NCBI GenBank assembly: GCA_963457525.1
Contig: OY734805.1
Span: 211,445-275,444 of the forward strand
Source of the DNA: Parvibaculaceae bacterium
GTDB lineage: Bacteria; Pseudomonadota; Alphaproteobacteria; JAPOUT01
Length of the DNA: 64,000 bases
Reading direction: 5' to 3'
The translations under genes were made by a program, and so were the position numbers. Position 1 is the stretch's first letter, and the number at the start of each line of letters is the position of its first letter. The notes beneath the pieces were generated by a model. It saw nothing but the letters and a program-made list of their open reading frames with translations. It was not told the DNA's origin and did no database searches. This document shows positions 1 through 10,341 of the stretch, piece by piece.

Positions 1-1259
1 TCACGGCGGTAAATTCCCCCGCTCCACTTGATATGCCCGAGCGCCTCATAGGCACGGGAGCGCGCCGGAGCGAGACTCTCGCCCAATCCGCTCACCGCCA
101 GCACCCTTCCGCCCGTCGCTATAATCTCGCCGTCGCCGTCGCGGGCGGTTCCGGCGTGGAAGACATGAACGTCTTTCATTGAGGAGGCCGACTCGATGCC
201 TTCGATGCGAGCGCCCTTTTCATACTCTCCCGGATAACCCTGCGACGCCATCACAACCGTTATGCAATTGCGCGGGTCCCATTCGAGAGACACATCACGC
301 AACGCTCCCGCGCCCGAACAAGACGTTAACAGCAATTCCAAAAAGTTCGAACGCAGCCGGGGCAATACAACTTGTGTTTCGGGATCTCCCATACGCACGT
401 TGAATTCCAAAAGTTTCACGCCGTCCGGAGTCAACATCACGCCGGCATAAAGGAATCCGGTGAAAGGGGTTCCCCGCGCCGCCATGGAACGCAATACGGG
501 GTTTACAATTTTCTCTTCGACCTGCGCGCAAACTTCTTCGGTGAGTTCCCCAACCGGCGAATAGGCCCCCATGCCGCCGGTGTTCGCGCCCACATTTCCC
601 TCGCCGATGCGCTTGTAGTCGCGCCCGTTGCCGAACGCCAGCGCTACCTCTCCGTCGCAGAGATAAAACAACGATGCCTCTTCGCCCTCAAGACATTCTT
701 CTATCAACACGCATGCCGAGGCTTCGCCGAATTTCCCATCGAACATTTCATCGATTGCCTCATACGCTTCACCGTGGTTTTCCGCAATCACGACGCCCTT
801 GCCCGCCGCCAGCCCGTCCGCCTTGACGACAATCTTTTCGCCTTCTTGAAAATTCGCCTCAACATAGGACTTCGCTTGTTCGCCTTCCTTAAAACTCGCA
901 TTGCGCGGCGAGGGAACTTTCGTCTCTTCGCAAATCTCGCGCATAAAGGCTTTCGAGGATTCCAATCTTGCCGCTTCTTTCGATGGTCCCACCGCGCGCA
1001 AGCCAGCACTGCGCAGCGCATCCGACAAGCCCTCCGCCAAGGGAGCTTCGGGCCCGATCACAACGAGCCCGATGTCATGATCCCGACAGAAGCCGATAAC
1101 CGCATCGGCATTCTTCCAATCGACTTGAACGCAGCGGGCGATTTCTTCCATCCCCGCATTGCCCGGCGCGCAGAACAAATCGCCCATGCCGCCGCTCTTC
1201 GACAACGCCCAGCACAAGGCATGTTCACGCCCGCCGCTCCCGATTACCAAAACATTCAT
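1..1259 (-). CDS. purD: Phosphoribosylamine--glycine ligase (3' end runs off the window)
   Basis: Manual translation from ATG at 1259 gives MNVLVIGSGGREHA... and ends ...ATGGRVLAVSGLGESLAPARSRAYEALGHIKWSGGIYRR. Absent from the ORF track because there is no stop inside the window. Confidence 0.95.
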   Translation of the reverse strand, partial: MNVLVIGSGGREHALCWALSKSGGMGDLFCAPGNAGMEEIARCVQVDWKNADAVIGFCRDHDIGLVVIGPEAPLAEGLSDALRSAGLRAVGPSKEAARLESSKAFMREICEETKVPSPRNASFKEGEQAKSYVEANFQEGEKIVVKADGLAAGKGVVIAENHGEAYEAIDEMFDGKFGEASACVLIEECLEGEEASLFYLCDGEVALAFGNGRDYKRIGEGNVGANTGGMGAYSPVGELTEEVCAQVEEKIVNPVLRSMAARGTPFTGFLYAGVMLTPDGVKLLEFNVRMGDPETQVVLPRLRSNFLELLLTSCSGAGALRDVSLEWDPRNCITVVMASQGYPGEYEKGARIEGIESASSMKDVHVFHAGTARDGDGEIIATGGRVLAVSGLGESLAPARSRAYEALGHIKWSGGIYRR

Positions 1260-1299
1260 GGTGCTAGCATACATCAGTAAAAAGCGATAAACTAGGCTC

Positions 1300-2745
1300 G
1301 TGAAAACTTCCTCAGACGCCGACATGGACACACGAAGCAACGAGCCGTCCGAATATTCCGTATCGGAGCTCTCGCAAAAGATCAAACGTCATCTCGAAGA
1401 CGGCTTTGATGTCGTGCGCGTGCGCGGAGAGCTCGGCAAGGTGGCAACCCCGCCGTCGGGGCACATTTACCTCAGCCTCAAAGACGACAAGGCCGTCCTT
1501 GACGGCGTCATCTGGAGATCGAATGCGCGCGCCCTCGCCTTCAAGCCGGAAATCGGACTCGAAGTCATCGCGACCGGACAGTTGCGAACATACGCGCCCC
1601 AATCCAAATACCAAATCTCCATTGACTCGATCGCGCCCGCCGGAGAAGGCGCCCTTATGGCCATGCTGGAAAAACGAAAACGCAAACTTGCGGCGCAGGG
1701 ACTCTTTAGCGAAGAGCGCAAGCGCGAACTGCCGTTTCTGCCGCAAGTCATCGGCGTTGCGACCAGTCCGGGCGGCGCCGTCATCCACGACATTCTCCAC
1801 CGGCTTTCCGGACGGTTCCCCCGGCATGTCCTCCTCTGGCCCGTACAGGTGCAGGGTGAAAAATGCGCGGCGGAAGTTGTTGCCGCCGTCCGGGGTTTCA
1901 ACGCGCTCAAGCCCGGCGGCGACATTCCGCGCCCCGACATCATTATCGTTGCACGGGGCGGCGGCTCGCTTGAGGACCTCTGGCCCTTCAACGAAGAGGA
2001 AATCGTCCAGGCCGTAGCCGCCTCCGACATTCCCGTCATCTCCGCCATCGGACACGAGAGCGACACCACTCTCATTGACCTGGCCGCCGACAAACGCGCG
2101 CCCACCCCCACCGCCGCGGCCGAATTTGCCGTTCCCGTGCGCAGCGAACTCCTCGAGACCGTGGAGGATTTCGCGCGACGATTGAATCTCGCCAACACCC
2201 GGCGCCTTGAGACGGCGGCCGAGCGGCTGAACCAATCCGCAAGACACATACGCCGCGCTTCCGACATTCTCTCGCCGCTCATGCAACGCTTCGACAACAT
2301 CGAGGGGCGACTCAAACGCGCCTTCGCGCACGGACACGCAATCCAGGTTGAACGTTTCGCCTCGCTGGGTGCACGCATTTCCCTGCATGCACTGCGCAAG
2401 CAACTTGACACCGCCGTCGATCGTTTCGATACCATAAAGACGCGCGTGAACCGGAGCGTGCATACAATGCTCTCCGATCTAAACAAGAAACTTGAGGCGC
2501 ACGGCAATCTTCTTGAGGCCTTCTCGCACCAGCGCGTGCTTGAACGCGGATTTGCACTCGTATGGGAAGGCAAAAACCTTGTCTCGCGGGCGGAACAAGC
2601 ACGCGCGGGCACGGAAGTCTCGTTGGAATTCGCAGGGAACAATCGCGTCCAGGCAACCATCGCATCGGAGTCTTCCGCAAAACCGAAGAAGAACCCGGCA
2701 TCCAAGACGACCAAAGAACAAGAGAGTTTATTTAAAAAATCATGA
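1300..2745 (+). CDS. xseA: Exodeoxyribonuclease VII large subunit (start possibly ATG 1324)
   Basis: SVSELS...VRGE...SGHIYLSLKD, ARGGGSLEDLWPFNEE, SAIGHESD, APTPTAAAE motifs. Confidence 0.95.
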   Translation: MKTSSDADMDTRSNEPSEYSVSELSQKIKRHLEDGFDVVRVRGELGKVATPPSGHIYLSLKDDKAVLDGVIWRSNARALAFKPEIGLEVIATGQLRTYAPQSKYQISIDSIAPAGEGALMAMLEKRKRKLAAQGLFSEERKRELPFLPQVIGVATSPGGAVIHDILHRLSGRFPRHVLLWPVQVQGEKCAAEVVAAVRGFNALKPGGDIPRPDIIIVARGGGSLEDLWPFNEEEIVQAVAASDIPVISAIGHESDTTLIDLAADKRAPTPTAAAEFAVPVRSELLETVEDFARRLNLANTRRLETAAERLNQSARHIRRASDILSPLMQRFDNIEGRLKRAFAHGHAIQVERFASLGARISLHALRKQLDTAVDRFDTIKTRVNRSVHTMLSDLNKKLEAHGNLLEAFSHQRVLERGFALVWEGKNLVSRAEQARAGTEVSLEFAGNNRVQATIASESSAKPKKNPASKTTKEQESLFKKS

Positions 2746-2957
2746 AACTCACGGCCGGAAAAGAAGCAAAACTGCGATACATGGCAACTTACTTCACCAC
2801 CATTGAAAAAGGTGATTTCGTTCTTTGCAAGATAACGGGAGAGAGGATCCCCCTGGACGAGTTAAAATACTGGAGCGTTGAAAGGCAGGAAGCATACGTT
2901 GACGCGGAGGCGTCTTTGCAGCGGCAGCGCTCCCTTGAAGCGCAGGAGAAACCCTGA
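2742..2957 (+). CDS. Small conserved alphaproteobacterial protein (DUF2093-like)
   Basis: GDFVLCKITGERIPLDELKYWSVERQEAY motif; ATGA overlap with xseA. Confidence 0.8.
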   Translation: MKLTAGKEAKLRYMATYFTTIEKGDFVLCKITGERIPLDELKYWSVERQEAYVDAEASLQRQRSLEAQEKP

Positions 2958-2969
2958 CGCGGGCTTTAT

Positions 2970-3881
2970 TCAAGGGCGCCAGCGATTATGCAGCCAAAGC
3001 CATTGTTCGGGATGCTTTCGAATTTGCGCCTCGAAAAAATCGTTAATTTTTTGGGTTAGACCAAGAACCTCGGCCCCGTCCGAGGGAATCGGCTCGTGAA
3101 AGCGAAAGACGAAATTGACGCCTTGTTTGCGGGCAATCGAAACCGGCAGCAATATGTGTCCATTGCTGATTGCCAGTTGCGCGGGCAGGTGGGTCGTCAT
3201 TGCAGGCAGCCCGAAGAATTTCGCCTTGATGCCCTGGCTTGTTCTTTGATCCACCAACAACATAATGCCTTCGCGCTTTTGCAGCGCGCTTAGGACGGTG
3301 CGCATATTGCGGCGCTGGTCGCCGGTTTTTGGAATCATGCGCTCTTCAAGCGGCCATAAATTCTCATGGGCAACCCGCTTCATCGAACGGCTTCGGGTCC
3401 GCAACAAAACCTTGTCCAGAAACACATTGTTTAGCGGCCGGTAGACTCCCGACAGCTTGTAGGGTCCGGTCAGTCGCGCAAGCACCGGAAAAATCAACTC
3501 CCAATTGCCGAGGTGCCCGGTCAGCAGAAGCACGCCGCGACCGCTTGAAACCGCTTGGCGAAAAAATTCCTCGCCGCAAATCTCGACACGATCCTGGTAG
3601 CGCGGCTCGGAGAAGCGCTCCAGCAAAATCAATTCCGCAAGAAAGCGCAAGAAATGCTCCCACATGTCCGAGATCATCTCGGTGACCTCGGCGTCACTCT
3701 TCTCCGGCAGAGCGGCTTCAATGCGCCGTCTCAGCGTTCGACGCATCCCCGTGCGCGGACCGACAAAGCGTCCGATTTTACCAAACAGCCAAGAAGCCCG
3801 ATCCAGCCCCAACGCCCAAACGAAGGGAACCAGCATCCAAAACAATACCGCCTCCAAGAAATAACGCAGCGTTCGCATCAT
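2970..3881 (-). CDS. Lipid A late acyltransferase (LpxL/HtrB family)
   Basis: HLGNWE, LLVDQ, FFG, PEQWLWLHNRW motifs; in the lpxK-waaA-msbA cluster. Confidence 0.9.
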   Translation of the reverse strand: MMRTLRYFLEAVLFWMLVPFVWALGLDRASWLFGKIGRFVGPRTGMRRTLRRRIEAALPEKSDAEVTEMISDMWEHFLRFLAELILLERFSEPRYQDRVEICGEEFFRQAVSSGRGVLLLTGHLGNWELIFPVLARLTGPYKLSGVYRPLNNVFLDKVLLRTRSRSMKRVAHENLWPLEERMIPKTGDQRRNMRTVLSALQKREGIMLLVDQRTSQGIKAKFFGLPAMTTHLPAQLAISNGHILLPVSIARKQGVNFVFRFHEPIPSDGAEVLGLTQKINDFFEAQIRKHPEQWLWLHNRWRP

Positions 3882-4879
3882 TTGGATATCCTCGAATGGG
3901 TGAAAGATTCAAAGCGCTCAATGTCGTCAAAACGCGCCTCCACGTGCAACACCGACATTGACTTCACCAGACGTCCGCACGCGCTTCCCCCGCGTGAATG
4001 CGCGAGGCGCATCGCGTCCTTGTTCGTGGTAATCGGCGTCGCGTCCAACCGTTGCGCTTCCTTCAACAACAACCGTGCATCCGACTCGCTGAAACGATGA
4101 TGATCAGGAAAGTCGATGCTGCCGACAATGTTACCACCCAGTTCGCGCAAACTCCCGAGTAATTTTTCCGGATGCGCAATGCCGCTGAAAGCCAGCAGAC
4201 GCGGAGGCAGCGCCATCGGACACGCATGCAGGCGCGCCGTAAACAATTTCGAAGGATCGACCCGGGACAACGCCGTGCGTAAATGCGACTGTTCCGGCTC
4301 TCCCATCACCACCACCGCATCGGCGCGCGCCAGGACATCGCCCCAGGGTTCGCGCAAGGGCCCTGCCGGAAGCACGCGTCCGTTGCCCAGCCCGCGCATG
4401 CCGTCCACAACCAGCACACCGACATCATAATGAAGCCGGGGATTCTGCAAGCCGTCATCGAGAATGAGCAATCCGGCGCCCGCATCGCTTGCGGCCCGGG
4501 CGCCCGCAAGCCTGTCACGGGCAACCCAGCACGGCGCAACCGCGGCAAGTTCCAAGGCTTCATCGCCGACCCGTGCGGCATCATGATGCTCGTCCACCCG
4601 AAGCACTCCGCGCTCGCTTCCGCCATAACCGCGCGTGAGAAAATGCACCTTGGAGCCGCGCGCGAGGAAATGCTTCGCCAGCGCCAGCGCCACGGGCGTC
4701 TTGCCCGCACCGCCGACGGTGGCGTTGCCGACGCAGAGAGCCGGAACGCCTGCGCGTTGCGGCGAAGCGTTGCGCCAGCGCCTGCGCGATATTCCCGTCG
4801 CCAGCCAAGACAACGGCGCAAGCAAACGCGCCGGCAGCGATTCACCGTCCTCGTGGTACCAGAATGCCGGCGGTTTCAT
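3878..4879 (-). CDS. lpxK: Tetraacyldisaccharide 4'-kinase
   Basis: VGNATVGGAGKTP, TRGYGG, GDEA, DDGLQ, LPAGPLRE, FPDHH motifs. Confidence 0.95.
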   Translation of the reverse strand: MKPPAFWYHEDGESLPARLLAPLSWLATGISRRRWRNASPQRAGVPALCVGNATVGGAGKTPVALALAKHFLARGSKVHFLTRGYGGSERGVLRVDEHHDAARVGDEALELAAVAPCWVARDRLAGARAASDAGAGLLILDDGLQNPRLHYDVGVLVVDGMRGLGNGRVLPAGPLREPWGDVLARADAVVVMGEPEQSHLRTALSRVDPSKLFTARLHACPMALPPRLLAFSGIAHPEKLLGSLRELGGNIVGSIDFPDHHRFSESDARLLLKEAQRLDATPITTNKDAMRLAHSRGGSACGRLVKSMSVLHVEARFDDIERFESFTHSRISK

Positions 4880-6162
4880 GAATCCATCAACGCAAGCAAG
4901 CGCGTTGCCACATCATCAACCATTCCGCCTCCGCGCTCGAGCGCGAATCGCCGCGCCGTTGCACTTTCCCCTTTAAGCAGGGAAGCGTCGCGCAGACGCC
5001 TCGATACGGCATCCGCCAGCGCGCCTTCATCCGTTACACACGCCCCGCCGCCGTATGCATCCAGTGTCTTGAATAAATACGCATACGCCGCGACATGTCC
5101 GCCGTGCAATACGAAACACCCCAAGCGCGCCGGCTCGAGAGGGTTGTGCCCGCCCTGCGAAGTCAAACTGCCGCCGAGAAAAACCATGTCGAACATCTGA
5201 TAGAACAATCCCAGTTCGCCGAAACTATCGACCACATAAACCGAACTGTCCGCCTGCGGCAGGCGCGTATGCGAACGCAACTGCACGCGCCCGTCGAGTT
5301 CGCGCTCCAGGACGCGAACGATCGCATCGGCGCGTTCAACGCGGCGGGGCGCAAGCACCAGCAGCAAATCCGGATGACTCGAGCGCAAACGCTGATGCAC
5401 GCGCGCGATCATCTCCTCCTCGCCCTCGTGCGTGTTGGTTGCAAGCCAGCACGGACGGTTTCCGATGCGTTCTTGCAAAGCGGCGAGTTCGGCGGCGTCA
5501 AAGGGGAGTTCGAGCGTGACCTCCTTCAAATTGGCGATGCCGTCGATCTCGCGTCCGAGCAAATCGGACAATCGATGTGACGCCGTCTCGTCCCGCGCGA
5601 GACAAATTGAAAAACTCTCCAGCAGCATCCGGGCGGCCTGCGGCGCGAATTTCCAGCGTTGAAACGAAGTCGCGGACATGTATGCGCTGACCTGCGCCAT
5701 TAAAATTCCGTTGGAGCGCGCTTGCAAAATCAAATGCGGCCATAATTCCGATTCCGTCCACACGGCAAGGTCGGGCCGCCAGTGCGAAAGGAAACGCCGA
5801 ACCGCGCCGGGATAGTCGTAGGGGACATATTGATGAATACAGCGCGAGGGCATTCGAGAACTTAGCACCGTTGAGGATCCTTGCGTCGTTGAAGTAATCA
5901 GAACCTGCAGGTGCTCGTTGCGCTCCAGCAGGCTGTTCACCAGCGGCAGCAATGCTACGACCTCGCCGATGCTTGCGCCGTGAAACCAGATCAATCGGCC
6001 CGGCGGCCGGGTTTGCTTTGCAAAACCGAAGCGCTCGCCGATGCGGGCGCGCTCTTCCTGCCCGCGAACCAGCCGCCACAAACACAAAAGCGCTGCAACC
6101 GGCGCAAGCAACACGCCGCACAAACGATAGCATTCCAGCAACAGGCTTTTTGTTTTCATCAC
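4876..6162 (-). CDS. waaA: Kdo transferase
   Basis: WFHGASIGE, ESELWP, GGSL...GGHNPLEPA motifs. Confidence 0.95.
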   Translation of the reverse strand: MMKTKSLLLECYRLCGVLLAPVAALLCLWRLVRGQEERARIGERFGFAKQTRPPGRLIWFHGASIGEVVALLPLVNSLLERNEHLQVLITSTTQGSSTVLSSRMPSRCIHQYVPYDYPGAVRRFLSHWRPDLAVWTESELWPHLILQARSNGILMAQVSAYMSATSFQRWKFAPQAARMLLESFSICLARDETASHRLSDLLGREIDGIANLKEVTLELPFDAAELAALQERIGNRPCWLATNTHEGEEEMIARVHQRLRSSHPDLLLVLAPRRVERADAIVRVLERELDGRVQLRSHTRLPQADSSVYVVDSFGELGLFYQMFDMVFLGGSLTSQGGHNPLEPARLGCFVLHGGHVAAYAYLFKTLDAYGGGACVTDEGALADAVSRRLRDASLLKGESATARRFALERGGGMVDDVATRLLALMDS

Positions 6163-7910
6163 TCGGACATAAATTGCGCACGCGCCAGGTTTGCGTAATA
6201 ACCGCCTTTCGCCATCAACTGCGCGTGGGAACCCTCCTCAACGATGCGCCCCTTATCAAGCACATAAATGTAATCGGCGCCGGCAACCGTTGCAAGACGG
6301 TGCGCTATCACCAGCACCGTGCGCGAGCGCATCAGTTTTGAAAGGCTTACGCGCACGCGCTCTTCCCAGACCGAATCCAGCGATGCCGTCGCCTCGTCCA
6401 GCAACAATATCGGCGCGTCCTTTAACATCGCGCGCGCAATCGCAACGGCCTGGCGCTGCCCTCCCGAAAGCAACTGCCCGCCCTCGCCGACACGGGTCTC
6501 ATAACCTTCGGGCAACGCCTTAATGAAATCATGGGCGGACGCCTCGCGCGCGGCGGCTTCGATTTCGGCGTCGCTCGCATCCGGCTTGCCGTAGGCAATG
6601 TTCGCGCGAACGCTGTCGTCAAACAAAATCGGCTGCTGCGTGACAACCGCAATGCAGTCGCGAACGTCCGACAAGCGGGCATGGCGAATGTCCTGCCCGT
6701 CCAGCATGACCTTCCCTTCGTCCGGGTCGAACAATCGAGGCACGAAATTGAGCAGCGTGCTTTTGCCCGAACCGCTTGCGCCGACCAGCGCGGTGGTCTT
6801 GCCCGCCGCCGCCGTCAGGTTGACGCCGTGCAGCACCGGTTCATTGTCGCTGTAATGGAAGCGGATATTTTCAAAACGTATCTCTGCACCTTTGATGTGG
6901 AGCGCCCGGGCGTCGGCATCGTCCAGCAGGCGCGGTTTTTTGTCGAGCAGGGTGAAGATTCGCTCGGCGGCGGCAAGACCCTCATGGAGCAGAACATGCT
7001 GTCCGGCAAGCCCGCGCAACGGCTGGTATACAAGCATGAGCGCGGCGATAAATCCGGTGAATTCGGCGAGCGTGAGTTGCGAATTGAAATGCAGCACCCC
7101 GCCGTAGAAGATGATGCCCGCAACGCCGATCCCCGCGATGGCTTCTATGAGCGGCGCGGCGGCGTTGCGCACGCGCATGGAGATGTAGTCGCGGCGCTTG
7201 AGTCGGGCGACGGCATCGGCGGCGCGGTCGATTTCGTAGTTTTCGCGCCCGTAGGCTTTGATGACTCGAAGCGCATGGAGGATTTCGGTGACACGCACGG
7301 AGAAGGATGCGCTTTCGGCTAGGCGCGCATTGGATGCGTTTTGCGCCCGGCGCCCCTTTCGTGCGAGAAAATAGACGATGAACGGCACCAACAGCGTCAT
7401 CAACAATCCGAGCCGCCAGCTCAGATACAGCATTGACCCATACAACGCGATGACGGTGAGCAAATGCTGCGTGATATTGAGAAGGCTCAAACTCATCGAT
7501 TGGCACAGCACGGGAATGTCGTTCATGAAGCGCGAGAGAAATTGTCCCGAGTGCGCCGCGGTGATGCGGGCAAGGTCGGAACGGATGAGATTGCCGGAAA
7601 GTTCGCGCTCGAGCTGGGCGGACATGCGCAGATTGATATTTCCGGCGGACATTCGTGCAACGTAGGTGCTGAGTGACTTCATCATCATCGCGCCAAGCAC
7701 GGCGAGCGGAAGCAAATACAACAAATGCTTTTGCGATCTTTCGAAGATGCCGTCAATGGAGAGATTGACAAGCCACGGCAAAAGCGCCGTTGATCCGGCG
7801 ACGAACAGGTTTGCGGCAATGGTGAGCAGCAGCAATTTATACTGCGGCCGCAGATATTCCCGCAACACCCGCACGACGATATGATACCGGATTGCGTTTG
7901 CGGCGCTCAT
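6159..7910 (-). CDS. msbA: ABC transporter permease/ATPase, MsbA-like lipid A flippase
   Basis: N-terminal transmembrane domain plus GASGSGKST, LSGGQRQ, LLLDEAT; adjacent to waaA-lpxK. Confidence 0.8.
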   Translation of the reverse strand: MSAANAIRYHIVVRVLREYLRPQYKLLLLTIAANLFVAGSTALLPWLVNLSIDGIFERSQKHLLYLLPLAVLGAMMMKSLSTYVARMSAGNINLRMSAQLERELSGNLIRSDLARITAAHSGQFLSRFMNDIPVLCQSMSLSLLNITQHLLTVIALYGSMLYLSWRLGLLMTLLVPFIVYFLARKGRRAQNASNARLAESASFSVRVTEILHALRVIKAYGRENYEIDRAADAVARLKRRDYISMRVRNAAAPLIEAIAGIGVAGIIFYGGVLHFNSQLTLAEFTGFIAALMLVYQPLRGLAGQHVLLHEGLAAAERIFTLLDKKPRLLDDADARALHIKGAEIRFENIRFHYSDNEPVLHGVNLTAAAGKTTALVGASGSGKSTLLNFVPRLFDPDEGKVMLDGQDIRHARLSDVRDCIAVVTQQPILFDDSVRANIAYGKPDASDAEIEAAAREASAHDFIKALPEGYETRVGEGGQLLSGGQRQAVAIARAMLKDAPILLLDEATASLDSVWEERVRVSLSKLMRSRTVLVIAHRLATVAGADYIYVLDKGRIVEEGSHAQLMAKGGYYANLARAQFMSE

Positions 7911-8143
7911 GAACCGGACAACTCTTCCTCTTCGGGGTCGAGCAGTTTGTGCATGTGAACGATGAAGTAGCGCATTTGGGCGTTATCGACGGTTCGCTGC
8001 GCGGCGGCTTTCCAGGCGGCATGCGCGGATGCGTAGTCGGGAAAGATGCCGACGATATCAAGGGAATCGGTGTTTTGAAACTCGGGCTTGTCCAACTCAA
8101 CCAGTTCGCCGCCAAAAACCAAATGCAATCGCTGTTTTGCCAT
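7907..8143 (-). CDS. Small conserved protein (DUF4170-like)
   Basis: LHLVFGGEL...DIVGIFPDY..A..AWK..AQRTVDNA.MRYFI motif. Confidence 0.8.
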   Translation of the reverse strand: MAKQRLHLVFGGELVELDKPEFQNTDSLDIVGIFPDYASAHAAWKAAAQRTVDNAQMRYFIVHMHKLLDPEEEELSGS

Positions 8144-8170
8144 AAGTACCTCTGCAAGAATTTGGATGAT

Positions 8171-9010
8171 TCAGGAGGCTTCGCGCGCGAGACCCTCCCG
8201 GACCCGTTCTGCGAGGCGCTCGTGCAAACCGACGGGCGCGGCAAGAACGCCATCGCAAGAACTATCAACGCTCTCATTATAGCACAGGGTTGAGCCTTCG
8301 CGCGCAGTGACTTCAACGCCGCTTTCGGCCGCGATGAGATGCGCGGCGGCGAGGTCCCACTCCCATTTTTGCGTCATGGACAGGGTCGCATCGAAATCGC
8401 CGCGCGCGACCAACATCAACCTGTAAGCGATGGACCCGGGCAACTGCAATTCCTGCGCATCGCCCTCAAGTCCGAGCAGTTCGCGCCAGAAATCGATGCG
8501 TTTGACGCGTCCGGTTGTCAGCAGGCTGCAATCGGAGAGATTGGCCGAGGGCATCGGCGCCCGGACGGGCAGGCGCGCGCCGTTGCACCAGGCGCCCTGC
8601 CCCCGGCGTGCAAAATAAAATTCGCTCATAGCGGGAACATGAATTGCGGAGAGAATCGGCGCCCCGTCCTCGACCAGACAAACACAAATGGCAAACTCCC
8701 TGTCGCCGCGCAAGAAAGCCCTTGATCCGTCGATGGGATCGACGATCCAGGCGCGACGTTTTTCCAACCGCCCGGTTTCATCTTCGTCTTCTTCCGAGAG
8801 CCACCCGTAGTCGGGAGCGTAATCGCGAAGCCGCCGGCGCAGCAGTTCGTTGACGGCAAGGTCGGCATCGCTGTAAAGGGAGCCGTCGGATTTTTGTTGT
8901 GTTTTTAAGTCGCCGGCTTCCTGCCTTCGAAAATACTCCATTGCCAACGCGCCCGCGGCTTCGATAGCCTCGAGAATCGCCTGCCGGTCATCCTGTACGT
9001 CCGTGTTCAC
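8171..9010 (-). CDS. Inositol monophosphatase / CysQ family phosphatase
   Basis: WLSEE, WIVDPIDGSRAF, EWDLAAAHLI motifs. Confidence 0.9.
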   Translation of the reverse strand: MNTDVQDDRQAILEAIEAAGALAMEYFRRQEAGDLKTQQKSDGSLYSDADLAVNELLRRRLRDYAPDYGWLSEEDEDETGRLEKRRAWIVDPIDGSRAFLRGDREFAICVCLVEDGAPILSAIHVPAMSEFYFARRGQGAWCNGARLPVRAPMPSANLSDCSLLTTGRVKRIDFWRELLGLEGDAQELQLPGSIAYRLMLVARGDFDATLSMTQKWEWDLAAAHLIAAESGVEVTAREGSTLCYNESVDSSCDGVLAAPVGLHERLAERVREGLAREAS

Positions 9011-10341
9011 AAGCCCGCAATGGTCATGCCCTCAATGCGAAGGCTTGGCGCGTTCACACTCAAGCGAAAACGAATGTCGTCGGCGGGAGTGATGTGTGCA
9101 AACATGTCTTTCAAATTGCCCGCGATGGTAACCTCGTTAACCGGATAGGTGACCTTTCCGTCTTCTATCCAAAAGCCCGCCGCGCCCCTGGAGTAATCAC
9201 CGGTGACCGGATTGACTCCCATCCCGATAAGTTCGGTGACATAAAGCCCCTGCCCGATGTCGGCGATAAGCTCGTCTTTATTAACCTTGCCGGGAAGCAT
9301 GTGCAGGTTCGATGGCGCCGGCGAGGGAGGCTCGGCGGCGCTGCGTGACGCGTGTCCCGTGGAGGCAAGCCCGAGCTGCCTGCCGCTTGCACTGTCCAGC
9401 AGCCAACTCTTCAACACGCCGTCTTCGATAAGAAGAAGCCGTTTGCCGGTGACGCCTTCATCATCGAAGGGGCGCGATGACAGCCCGCGCGGGCGAAGAG
9501 GATCATCGAGAATGTCGATGCTCTCGTGGAATACGGGTTTGTCGAGATGTTTTTCGAGGAAACTGACGCCGCGCGCGACGGATGCGCCGGAGATTGCCTG
9601 CGCGAAATGCCGCAGCAGACTCGAGGCGACGCGCTCATCGAAAACGACGGGCAGTTGCGCGCCTTGCGGCTTGCGAGCGCCCATGCGTGCCAGGACGCGC
9701 TCGGAAGCTTCGCGCCCGACGGCTTCGGGAGTTTCAAGATCCTTGAAGTGGCGCATAGTGCTATAAGCATAATCGCGTTCCTTTACACCGTCTTTCTCGG
9801 CAACGACTACGCAGACGAGCTGGTGCGAGCTGACACGATACCCGCCGGAGAAGCCTTTGCTGTTTGCGAACGCGAGGTCGCCTCTCGACCAACTCGCCGT
9901 CGCGCCCTCGGAGTTGGTAACGCCTTTGAACGCCATCGCCGTTTCTTCGGTTTCTTGCGCCCGTTCGTGCAGGAGCGACTCGTCCGCTTCGAAACCATCA
10001 TCCAGTTCGAGGTCAACGCCGTCCGTCGAATGTGACGCTTCCGCCAATCCGCACCATTCATCCTCGGGAGCAAGACGCGCCATTGCAACGGCGCGCTCCG
10101 CGAGCATCGGAAAATCGGCCGCATCAAGTTTGCCGCTTGCAACCGATGCCTGCCGCTTGCCGATAAGCACGCGCAGGCCGAGGCCTGCGCTTTCGGAGCG
10201 TTCGATGGATTCAAGTTTTCCAAGACGGACGGTTTCTTGCAGCGAGTTGCTCCGGTGCGCGGTGGCGTCGGCATGTTCGGCGCCGGCCTTTCGTGCGCAC
10301 TCAAGGAGCGCATCCAGCATGTCGGGGAGTTGCTTGCTCAT
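9007..10341 (-). CDS. pmbA: TldE/PmbA family protein (true start ATG 10341, ATGA overlap with ubiA)
   Basis: SRPFDDEGV, GVNPVTGDYSRGAAGFWIE, VNEVTIAGNL motifs. Confidence 0.9.
   Translation of the reverse strand: MSKQLPDMLDALLECARKAGAEHADATAHRSNSLQETVRLGKLESIERSESAGLGLRVLIGKRQASVASGKLDAADFPMLAERAVAMARLAPEDEWCGLAEASHSTDGVDLELDDGFEADESLLHERAQETEETAMAFKGVTNSEGATASWSRGDLAFANSKGFSGGYRVSSHQLVCVVVAEKDGVKERDYAYSTMRHFKDLETPEAVGREASERVLARMGARKPQGAQLPVVFDERVASSLLRHFAQAISGASVARGVSFLEKHLDKPVFHESIDILDDPLRPRGLSSRPFDDEGVTGKRLLLIEDGVLKSWLLDSASGRQLGLASTGHASRSAAEPPSPAPSNLHMLPGKVNKDELIADIGQGLYVTELIGMGVNPVTGDYSRGAAGFWIEDGKVTYPVNEVTIAGNLKDMFAHITPADDIRFRLSVNAPSLRIEGMTIAGL

Noticed and set aside
372..1280. 302-aa + strand ORF and many other long antisense ORFs (e.g. 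51598..53298, 41077..42270, 25775..27034)
   Set aside because: Shadow frames opposite well-supported genes (purD, cysNC, mfd, autotransporter), typical of GC-rich DNA; no motifs
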